DNA of 64,000 nt. Origin: Lophium mytilinum. Lineage: Eukaryota. The stretch spans positions 317,834-381,833 of the forward strand of contig MU004189.1 in assembly GCA_010093605.1 (NCBI GenBank), given 5' to 3'. The translations under genes were made by a program, and so were the position numbers. Under the pieces are notes generated by a model, which saw only the letters and a program-made list of their open reading frames with translations, made no database searches and was not told where the DNA came from. Below are positions 36,175-47,088 of the stretch, piece after piece (position 1 is the first letter of the stretch; every line of letters begins with the position of its first letter).

Positions 36175-38305
36175 TCCGTATTTCGAGTCTTATCACATTC
36201 TTGATCAGTCAACAAAGTGGTGTAGGTCCCGAAGTTCGCTTTCAGCCATATGCGCTTCCGGAATTTGGTGGCATGAGACAGGCGATTGAATAGCTATGGA
36301 GTATGCGGATGGTAATTAGACATTGAGGACCTGGCAATTAGACGCAATCCGGTGTAGCTAGCAACGTTCTCTATTATTGCTGTTCTATGCGCATTGTGAA
36401 AGCGGATTTTTGAGATTTGTGGTCTCGATTTTGGCGGTGTCGAATTCGGAGTTGTGTAGCGGCGCGGTAGCGGGGAGTCCCGTGGCGCTGAATCGGTGAG
36501 GTCTGTCTTCTACAACTCAGCCGCCGCAAGTCTACACCGAGCAAATCTATACCGAACAAGTCTGGTAGTTAGTGCTGGAATTGTGCCAGCGGAGTCCAGG
36601 AGAAGTCGTGACAGTGAGTCTGCGATGTTGTGGTCGGCAGCTTCCCTGGTCATTCCAGAAGGCGCGTGTCTGAGAGGCATTTCTTATTCAGCGGACTCCT
36701 GAGACTTCAAGGTCGTCCAACTTCGGCGAAACCTTTTTTTCCGGCGGCTCAACTGCACTGGTGGCATGGTGCGGTGTGGGGAGCGCGGGCCCTCGTTTAT
36801 CTTATGGCCTTGAGGCTCTCCTAGTGTCCGCCACCTACGACGCACCCACGACGCACCCACGACGCTTCATTTCCGAACTCGACTCGAGGCCCACTGGATG
36901 CGGTACGCGTGGCTTGCACGGGACCTGGCCAGCTGGCGACGCAGAACGTGGAGACCGCCTCGAACTGCTCCTGATGGGAGACGGGCTTGTGTGGACCACA
37001 CCCTCATGTTTAGCATGGAGAATTCGACGCCGTCAGCCAAGCGGCACGACCGCGGCGTGCGTCAAGTCAGCTCGTAGCTCACCATGACACAAGACAGAGG
37101 CTCCAGAGCTGAAGCGAGGCCGATATCGAACTGTCAACTTCCTGCAAGACAGCTAATGCTGACTACCAAGCGACCGACCGCACCGGCGGAGAGGTCTCCA
37201 CGAGCGTGTGTCAACGAGGCCTACAGTGACTAGAGAACCTTGGAGGTCGGTTGTGCGGTGGCAAACGGTGCGACTGGCTGGCCTCTCGTGTCAAGCGCTC
37301 CACTTGAGGTGCAGACGCTGCAGGAACCCGAGCCCCTTTCCCGTGTTGATTGCAGCCAATGGCGCCCTCGCAAATTTTCACCTCGATTCTGGCCTCAGAG
37401 TTCGCAGACGTTCATTTTGCACGGGACGACACCACGCAACGACAGCGCGACGTCCGCGCAACTCTCCCCAGCGGCGTCTATTTTAGGAGCATAATCAGCG
37501 CCCCCTGCTCGCGGAAAGGGCATGCAGATCGCACTCTGGAAGACCGTTGGGCGCAATCTGCGAAGCTTCCAGCCAGGCCAGCTTCTCACACGGAGCACTC
37601 GGCGCCGCGACCGTCCAAGAGACCAAGACCAGCCTGCCACACGGCAGCGGCAGCTTCGCCGGACGCGGCCGACTGGTGCAACGGGCAACAGCAGCGGCCT
37701 CAGAATGCTCGGTATTGGAGCAGTGGGCAGCGTTGCACTGGCATCTCCTGCGTCACGTCACGGAGTCATGGCTGCTGCTCCCACGCCGACACCACGACAC
37801 CAGGCCAGCTCCGCTATCAATGCCCGGAGCGCGCTGTGTGGCGTCCGGGCTGGCAGATGGGCGACACGGTTGGCAGTCGGCTGATCCGGCGGCTGCAGAG
37901 CAAGAGCAGGGTCGTAGATGAGGCTGGTCGGACCACTGATAGGCTGGGCGCCAGCAGAGTCTACGACCACCTCGACAGGTCGCCCGCGCCCCTGGTGATG
38001 AGTGAGCTCTCGATAGTGTGCAGCAATCTCGTCGAGGCGGAAATGCCCAACGCTGATAGGAAAGTCGCCGCGGGCTGGGGTGGGATCCGTCAATAAACAG
38101 GCAGATAGCGCCCCTGGCCACGCTCCACTCTCCGCTTCCGGGACGTCCCCTTTTCGTATCCACCAACGCCCACCAGCCGACAACGCGCGAGGGCGCCCAC
38201 CCTAGGCCGGCAGGGCTGCTCGGTGCGACCTCCAATCGATTCCTTGCCTGTGCAACCCCCGGGATGGGCTGCCAGCTGCACGGCCTAGTCGCCAGATGCT
38301 CCCCA

Positions 38306-38310
38306 TATAA
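38306..38310 (+). promoter_or_regulatory. Probable TATA box of the ccg-6-like gene
   Basis: TATAA about 185 bp upstream of ATG 38491, followed by a pyrimidine-rich leader. Confidence 0.5.
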
Positions 38311-38490
38311 GACCCAGCTGCTCACCACATGTCTTTTCCTCCTCACCCACATTCGCTCTCACGAACACCAACGGTCTTTGCCGATTCCACTCGTTTAATC
38401 AACGCTCCGACTTTCAACTCCTCCTCACGCCTTACCAACCAACCAACTCCATTTACCGTTTTACCAACGTAAATAATTAATACCAACAAG

Positions 38491-39045
38491 ATGCGCTTCT
38501 CCTCCACCGTCGCTGCCACCGCCGCCCTCGTGGCTGGTGTGTCCGCCAACTACGGCTACGGCAACTTCACCGCCTCCCCGGTGTCCTATGTCACCGAGAC
38601 CTACGTCGACTACACCACCGTCTGCCCGGAGGCCACCACCCTGACCATCGGCGAGTCGACCTACACCGTCACTGAGGTCAGTTTCCCGAGAACATCATGA
38701 ACTAGCGAGCAACCACTAACTCTCCTGAAGGCCACCACCCTGACCATCACCGCCTGCTCGTGCACCCTGACCAAGCCCGTCTACACCAGCCTGGTCACCT
38801 CGTGCTCCACCAGCGCTGCCAGCGCGGCGCCCCCAGCGGTCTACACCTCGGTCGCCCCGGCCTCGTCCCCGGCCCCGTACTACCCCATCGGTACCGGCTC
38901 CACCCCGGCCTACACCCCCAAGCCCACTGGCACCGGTGCCTACACCGCCCCGATCGCCACCTTCACTGGTGCTGCCGGCCAGGTCGGCGCTGCCTCCGGC
39001 GCTGGCCTTGCGGCCCTCTTCGGCCTTGTCGCTTACGTCTTGTAA
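38491..39045 (+). CDS. ccg-6: Ccg-6/Mmc-like small GPI-anchored cell-wall protein (exons 38491-38676, 38731-39045)
   Basis: Signal peptide; YVTETYVDYTTVCPEATTLT.G..YTVTE/ATTLTITAC.CT motif; FTGAA omega region and hydrophobic C-terminus; very strong C-ending codon bias. Confidence 0.88.
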
Positions 39046-40594
39046 GCGGCTGGTTCATAGGAGGCCTGTCGCGCACCAGAGCAATTTGATGTTCCACAGG
39101 CCGATTATGGATGGGCAGTTCTTGGGGATTCGGCTTCTCTCTCGGTCAATGACTACAGGCTTCCTATCTTGATTCTTACGCATTGCGATAGGCGTCTGGG
39201 GTCATTTCTCCGGCGTGCGGCGTCATCCACCTGTACGGATGGTGTTGCATCGAGTTGCATACCTTAATTTCTTGTTGACGCTTGGTACATCGAATGGAAG
39301 GGCTCCTGTCAAGATACTCTGAGGGGCGAATGTTCAAGTGGTGTGGTCTGGAGAATTCATGTTCATAATAACTCGAGCGATGTTGGATAGTTATCTTCCC
39401 GGGAAGAGTTTGGGCAAGCTTAATCACATGTTCTTTTCCACTATTCTCTGTCTTGATACCCTTTTTGAGCGTCTCTTTCTTCGGTGATCAGCCCAGGCGG
39501 TAACCCTAATGATTCAGTATATCTTTTTAGGAATTTTGTCGGTCTTGCTCTCAGTGATATCCAATGCGCAGGGCATATAGAGTCTCAGGTTACTCCAGAC
39601 GATAGCTTAGATTTATGGCCGATTCTGTAACATACGCTTTGCCTGGGAAGCCGACTTTTGGCCTAGCACTTTTGAACCCGTGCGAAACTGACCAACTGTG
39701 CATTGACATGCGACTGAGAGCAATCGGCGTGGTGTGAGCAGAGCAGGTCGAAGTCTGACGTCTGTAAGGCTGACAGCGCTCAGGGGGATGTGGTTGACCC
39801 GGAATGTAAAATTGCGCAGGTCCCACGGCAGCGCGGCGGCTCGCTATCTTTTCGGCTACACTTCCTCTTCAAAGCAAGGCTTACGCTACCACTGGTCTCT
39901 TCGTTGCTATTCCGCATTCAGGTAGTTGCACGACCAACTTCCAAGGCAATGGAGCCTGTCAGACCACGATTGCGCTCGGCTCTAGACACTCTAGTGAATC
40001 ATTGCAGCAGATGCGGTGGTTGTTTCCGGCGCAGGAACGGTGGTGCTGGCGCGAGGGGGAGATTCGGGAGGCTGTCGTGAAATAAGACTTCCAGGGTCCA
40101 CGACGACACGGCATGGCTCTTGAAACACGCTGAGATAACACAAGGAGCCTGGGTACGCGGCGCTGGATATGGAGATGCGCATGAACTGATCATAAAATGT
40201 GTACGCCCGATTTATGCCATCTTGCTATTGTTGGCGTGGTTAAACCAACATGTGATGGGTCATGGAGCGCTCGGAATCCCTCTTTGAGACTACTCACATA
40301 TTATGTACTATCCGGACTTCAAACATTCGATGAAGCTTCTTGAACAGTAAGGCGAGTGTACCGACTTTGAGCCAGACGTTGTGAATATATCATCTAGCCT
40401 TCCCAATGTGAAAGAGTTGTGGTGTTGAGTTTGAATCGGAACTACCCCGCCAAAATAAGGCTCACATCTTGGTCCACGGCTGCCGTCATTCCAGGCACCA
40501 CCACGCTGCAGCCTATCACCCACGCTTCTGCATTCCTCTTTTCGACGTCCGGTTTCTTTCTCGATACATTTCCCTCACTCTCCAACCGACTACC

Positions 40595-43246
40595 ATGACC
40601 TGCATACACGTCGACGCTCCAGGTAGGTCTCCGCCAGCTGCAGCACGGAGCTTCCACAGACTTAACATTCATCGCAGAGCTTCATGCCCCCGGGCCCACC
40701 CAGTCTGTTTACCGTGAAGACTGTACACAGTGCTTTGACTCAATAGTACGAACCATCGCAGATTCCCTTCAAGATTACGAACATGTATAGCTTACAGTAT
40801 ACCTGTTTCAGGACGACCCCTCTGGCTTAGATGTCTGCCTCTTCTGCTTCAACGGAGGTTGTACCGGCGACAGGAGTCACTCCCTCCTCCACCATACCTC
40901 GAGCAAGCATCCCCTTGTCCTCAACATCAAGCGTACCAGGAAGAAGGTCAAGCGGGACGAGCCACCACAGAAGATCTCCAAGCTTTCCATCGCCGCCGAG
41001 ACAGAATCAGACCGCTACGACACGACCACCCAAGTCAAATGCTATGAATGTGGCGTCGACGATGTTGATCGGAGCTCGGGAAAGCTCTCCAATGTCGTGG
41101 ATGCTGTGTTGAAAGCCAATACATTCGCTAGACAGGAGGAAGTGAAGGCGTGGGAGCAAGAGTTGACAGCATGCGAGCACACACTGTGCTTGGAACAGCA
41201 GCCTGCGAGAGTGATCGAATCTCAAAGCCTCGGACACTGCTCCCAGTGTGAACTGAACGAGAATCTGTGGTTATGTCTTACATGTGGCAACCTTGGCTGT
41301 GGCAGAGCCCAGTTTGGAGGGACTGGAGGCAACTCCCATGGTGTTGCACATACCCAAGACACTGGCCATCCTGTGGCGGTCAAGCTTGGTTCCTTGACGG
41401 CAGACGGCACCGCTGATATCTACTGTTACTCGTGCGATGAGGAGCGAGTGGACCCGGAGCTCCCAGATCATCTCATGCACTGGGGAATCAACATCAAGGA
41501 CAGAATCAAGACGGAGAAGAGCCTCACGGAGATGCAGGTTGAACAAAATCTGTTGTGGGAGTTTTCCATGACTACAGAGGATGGGAAGGAGCTGAAGCCG
41601 CTTTTCGGTGCTGGATTTACCGGGCTGAAGAACCTGGGTAACAGCTGTTATCTGGCAAGTGTGCTTCAGAGTCTGTTCGCCATGCCAGAGTTTTCAGAGC
41701 GGTACTATCTGCCCAATGAAACGCCCCCAAACACATCTACGCCCGCCGAAGACTTGGAAACACAGTTGCGGAAGCTGGCAGATGGTCTGCTCTCTGGACG
41801 CTACTCCAAGCCCGATAGCGATGTCATTGTCTCAGAGCACACGCCAGAAGTCCCACACCAGAAAGGCCTTGCTCCTGCTATGCTCAAGCATCTAATCGGA
41901 CGAGGGCATGCCGAGTTTTCTACAATGAGACAACAAGACTCTTTCGAACTCCTCCTGCATCTTCTAAAGCTCATCACACGGTCCCAGCACCCATCAGGCT
42001 TGAGAGATCCTGTCGAGGCTTTTCGCTTCGCCATGGAGCAGCGACTACAATGCCTCAGCTGCAAAAAAGTGCGATATCGTACTGACGAGCAGGAGAATAT
42101 CTCAATCCCTGTGCCCATCCGAAGAATTCCAAAGGACGCCAAGATGGATGTAGCCGACAGCAATGGCAAAGAAACGGAGAAAGAGGAGTTCGAACCCGTC
42201 ACTCTGAAAGAGTGCCTCGACATCTTTACAGCTAACGAGGTGGTTGAGCTCACTTGCTCTTCTTGTGGCAGCAAGGACGGCTTTTTGAAGAAATCCCTCT
42301 TCAAGACTTTCCCCGAGGTGCTGGCAGTCAACGCACGTCGCTTCGAGTTGGTCAATTGGGTTCCGACTAAGCAAGACGTTCCGGTCATTGTCGATGATGA
42401 GTCCTTCTCCTTTGATGCTTACAAATCCCAGGGACTCAGCGATGGTGAAGAGCTGCTTCCCGAGGACGCCGATGTCGGAGGTGCTCCCAAATGGGTGCCA
42501 AACGAGGCTGGCCTGGCAATGCTAGAGGCTATGGGCTTCCCGCGTGTCAGATGCGAGAAAGCCCTGCATGCTACAGGGAACGCCGATCCAGAGGCTGCCT
42601 CTAACTGGCTGTTCTCGCACATGGAAGATCCTGATATCGATACGCCTATTGACTTCAACGCGGGCGCCGGCGCTGGGGGCACAGCTTCAGCTATTGATCC
42701 AGAGAAGATCGAATCTCTAGGTAACATGGGTTTTGGCGCCCCTCAGGCGCGGCAGGCATTGAAGGAAACTGGTGGGGATGTTGAGCGGGCGGTGGATTGG
42801 CTGTTCAACCATCCTGATGCTGTCGGTGTTTTTGGTGACGACAGCGGCAGCAAGGTACGGATGACTGTTTTGACAATCTTCACTCTATTTGTTATATCTG
42901 AGGGCTTGAAAACTAATTGTGTCCACTATAGGATGCCCCATCCGCCGAACCCGCTACGAAGTCCATACCGGGCAGTGATAAGCTGCCTGCAACATTCAAG
43001 TTGGAATCTATCGTCTGCCACAAGGGAAGCTCGATACATGCTGGGTAAGTTGCCGGCCCCAGAAGCTGCCATTATGTTCAAAAGCTAACATAATCGAATA
43101 GTCATTACGTAGCGTTCATTCGAAAGAACATCCCAGAAGACAACTCCACGTCGTGGGTACTCTTCAATGATGAGAAGGTGGCCAAAGCAGGCGACGTGGA
43201 GGAGATGAAGAAGTTTGCGTATGTGTATTTCTTCAGGCGTTTGTGA
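40595..43246 (+). CDS. ubp14: Ubiquitin C-terminal hydrolase Ubp14/USP5, 5 exons
   Basis: VYREDCTQCFDS, zf-UBP (NLWLCLTCGNLGCGR), Cys box GLKNLGNSCYLAS, two UBA domains, His box CHKGSSIHAG/HYVAF, WVLFNDEKV and AYVYFFRRL*. Confidence 0.96.
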
Positions 43247-44043
43247 GACAAGTGAGCGAGTATGCATCAGACTTAGCGATTGGTGGTGATTGGCATTTGC
43301 GGCTGGCGCACAGATGGGTGGTGCATTGGTGGGGCAGCAGTGAATTGCATGGGGCATGAGGGATGAAAAGCGGTTTGATAGATAGGTTTATGCACCCCTC
43401 TCGGGATATGACTCTTCCTTCATTCTCTCTCTGGTACGGATCGGTTGATAAGGGGCTGTGTTACAAATCGAGGAAGAATGTATCTATGCTCCTTGCGACT
43501 CTTGGAGTGGATTCGTAGGACGCCAACCGGATATACTGCGGTGGAGAACGCATCGCACGGCACAACAGTGGGACATGGTTCATACAGTTCACTGTGATTA
43601 AGACCGGCAGTGCCTACGCACAGTTCAAGTCCTTCATGCTATACAGTGATACGAGACGTGGTTGCTATGTGGGATGAAAGCGGTCGTGGTGCTAGATGTC
43701 AAGTGAATAGGAAGGTACTGGGTGAATTAAGATACAGACTTACCGACACTTACCTGCAATTGGTACTCGGACATATCGGAGTAACGCAGCTTCATCCGCT
43801 TTCACCTTTCACCAGACGCAAAAACCGTGGGGCATATATGGCCCGTGCGCATTCGCCACATGACATAAGTCTGGGCGTCCAGAACCTTAAACTCCTCGGG
43901 CTAAGTGAACGAGCTTTCGCATCTCGAAGAACACCACTCGACCACCTACAACCCACCTACCACCTACATTCCATCTACGCAATCTGTTCTTGCAACCAGC
44001 CTACTGCTCCTTCACACCACACGCACATCTCCAGCCCTCCACC

Positions 44044-44865
44044 ATGTTCAGGAGGATCGCAACCACCGTCCCCGCGACCGCGGGCCGAGTTCTCTCCAGC
44101 GCTGCCAGACCCTCCCTCGCCTCTCCCATACGGACAGCAGCCGCACCCGCGAGCATCGGCGTCAACAGCCGGCGGACCTACCACGAAAAAGATGAGTTCT
44201 CCCTCCCCTTCTTCACCGCCATTATCTCGGGCAATTGGCCACCGCACCTCGGCCATAAAGCGCGGCCCCCTCAATATCTCCGCCATCTCCACCACCCCCT
44301 GCTTGTTCATCCACGACGCTCCGCTGACTAGTTATGCACTGCTCGACCACTACAACAAGCCGCGCAATGTCGGCTCTATGTCCAAGAACGATAACGACGT
44401 CGGCACGGGCCTAGTCGGCGCGCCGGCGTGCGGCGACGTCATGAAGCTGCAGATCCGCGTCGACCCCAACGACAACACCATCTCGGACGTCAAGTTCAAG
44501 ACGTTTGGGTGCGGGAGTGCAATTGCGAGTAGCTCGTATCTGACGGAGTTGGTGCGGGGGATGACGCTGGAGGATGCGGCGAAGATTCGGAATACGGAGA
44601 TTGCGAAGGAGTTGTGTTTGCCGCCTGTGAAATGTGAGTTGTGATCCTATTCTTTTGGAGATGGGAGAGGGGGGTTTGAGGGATTGATTGCTGATGATGG
44701 GGTGTTGTAGTGCATTGCTCCATGCTTGCCGAGGACGCGATCAAATCCGCTATTTCGAATTACTATACCAAGAACCCCAAGGCGCGCGCGACGGATTTGG
44801 GAGGTACTGGGGCGCCGATTCCGAAGGTGGAGATTGAGACGGTGTCCGCGGGGTCAGCGGCGTGA
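44044..44865 (+). CDS. isu1: Mitochondrial Fe-S cluster scaffold Isu1/IscU (exons 44044-44191, 44340-44633, 44711-44865)
   Basis: Presequence MFRRIATT; YHEK/VLDHYNKPRNVGS, GLVGAPACGDVMKLQI, FKTFGCGSAIASSS and LPPVK/LHCSMLAEDAI motifs. The first intron has AT-AC ends. Confidence 0.96.
44192..44339 (+). other. Non-canonical AT-AC intron (148 nt) in isu1
   Basis: 5' ATGAGT, branch GCTGAC at 44323-44328, 3' GCAC. Removal gives AAA G|TG CTC GAC CAC (K-V-L-D-H). No good GT donor restores the motif. Confidence 0.82.
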
Positions 44866-45650
44866 AGGTATCCGAGAGATGTGGGATTGGTGAAAATTTG
44901 AGTCGAGGGACAGGTGGTTGCTGATAACGTCTTTCATACCCTGGGGACTGGGTTTCTATCACTGGAGAGGCGAGGACCACCGAATTCTCCCCTTCTTGTT
45001 GCCTGCGAGTGAGAGGCCTTGATGGCGTTGGGGTTGGCGTGCTTGCTTGCGGTTCTTTTGAGAAGCGAGTCGGATTGAAATTGGTAGTTTGTAGCTTTGC
45101 CCTACGACAGACAGATCTTGAGGAATTAAGCCAATATCAATGAACCTACGATGCTGTGATCGTGATATATTAAGGCGATGGCCGCGTCGTTAATGATGTG
45201 GGGCTCAACATGAAGATAGCGAGACCGCTCAGCTCCATCACACATGGAAAAGCTCTGGAGCGAAGAAATAAGGCGTAGCGGAGGACAGGTTGCTGGTCTA
45301 TGTATGTATCAAGAAAGAACCAGAGTTCATTGGAGCAACCTCAGTTTATGCACCCCAACGGCCAAGGGCTGCAGTCCCCAAGCTCCAGTTATCTCACGCC
45401 ACTGCTCTGACGAATGGCAGACGTGGATGGGATCTGATATCGGGGTATCAGATCAGAGGGCCACTTGTGAGGACCTCAATTATCAACGAGGACCAGATTG
45501 TAATTTGAACCTCTGTGCAAAATTGTACTACGTATGTCTTGATTTAGGACCTCTAGTCTTAGATAGCCTCATGTTGTTCTGTTTTTACGCGATTCGAGGG
45601 TGGTTAGTGTCGGCGGGGCTGAATCGGGCGGAGGATTTGGGGTTCGTCTT

Positions 45651-45901
45651 GGTGTGGTGAGATGTATGAAGGGGAGCCAGTCCGTGCGATTTGCATGCGA
45701 TTTGAGCATACTATTGGTGTGCACTGTGTATTAGGCTATGGGATTGGGTTAAGTTATAGTGTGTTAAGATGTATGAACTGGAGCCAGTCCGTGCGATTTA
45801 CACTCAATTTGGGCATGTTATTGACAGAGCCTGCATCTTAGGTCTTCGATTAGAAAGATGATCTAGAGCGCGATTTATAGTTCCGTTTTAGCACGATATT
45901 G
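45651..45901. repeat. 107-bp repeat family, array A (2 copies plus a decayed partial)
   Basis: GATGTATGAA..GGAGCCAGTCCGTGCGATTT, with anchors at 45673 and 45780. Confidence 0.88.
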
Positions 45902-47088
45902 ATGGGTAGGTAGACCTCGCCTGTAGTCACGTGATGGGTAATGCTCGGTAGGCTTACTCAGCATTTTGGGTATGTCTTTCCTGCTGTCGGCTGCATAGGT
46001 AGCTAGGTTCCTCACCCTCATCGATACAACACATTGGCCTCATACCTGGACTTACAATGCTTTCGTGTTCCTTCCCCTCAAAGGTTGAGGAGAGGGACGT
46101 AAAGCATCTTCCGCGCTTACGATCTCGATGCGGCTGTTGATTAACAATGCTGTCGGAACACACGGGATGCTGTGGAGGCTGCCGGATCGCATGTGTTACG
46201 ATGGAGCGTGTTAGTCTGCCACAAACCGCCTGATTACTGATGAGTAGTCGCTGAATTAGTCGGTCAAGAAAAGGATGCAAGGCATCGATGGAATATAGGA
46301 GGTCCACACAGTATCCCACGGTAACTCCGGTACTTCTTGTACTCAGAGTAGTCCGAACTAAGATGCCCTTGAAAGCATCGATTTGCTCGCAAATACGGGC
46401 TGCGAATCATATGCCTTCTGAGGTCTAGCTGAAGAGGGCGCACGGGGCTGACCTCCCAGCTGCTGACGTCTATTCTAAGCACTCGAATTTACCAGCCGCG
46501 AGTTAAAGTAATCTACCCAAGGATAGAACCTTTCGGAGGTAAAATATTTGGTTGTTACTGTAGGCATCTACTCCAGCTGAAAGAGATCACGAAGTTCGAT
46601 GCCAATCGATTGTTTGCCTCACATGCGGTAAGACGTCTATCACAACACCGGCATGGACTTTTATATATGGGCCGCGACCAGCACTTGAATACGATGATCT
46701 AGCGATTTACAACGTCAAGAGTTGTACTGACGAAACTTTACTCAGCTGTTCTAGTAAGACGCTGTGGTCACTTGTGGTACCGTTATATTCTGACCCCGTC
46801 TCTTTTCCACCAATCATGAATCTTTACAACAACGCTCCATATTCCGACAATCTGGATGAAGAGTGCTTGGTCATTCGCGAACGATGGAGGAGTCAATAAG
46901 TACCATTTTTAGATTCGCGTGTCTTCAGTGTAGCATTCATCCTTAATAGGCGTCGGATGCGTTCCCGCTTTTCACATCTCGTCTTGTAGAGATCCACAAT
47001 AACACCTGGGGGTACAAGTACAAAGTTCCGATACACCCACTGTTCCATTTCCATTTGCGATTGGGATTCACCTCCGTTCTACTAAGCT

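Noticed and set aside
36761..38352. Stack of 100-250 aa ORFs on both strands
   Set aside because: GC-rich promoter region of the ccg-6-like gene; no protein-like features.
43610..44644. 344-aa ORF ending in IscU sequence, suggesting a long N-terminal extension
   Set aside because: It starts at GTG and reads through the promoter and intron 1 in the exon-2 frame. The real presequence and YHEK are in another frame starting at ATG 44044.
45954..46482. Minus-strand ORF fragments that might be a pseudogene
   Set aside because: No recognisable family, and no consistent frame or splice model could be built.
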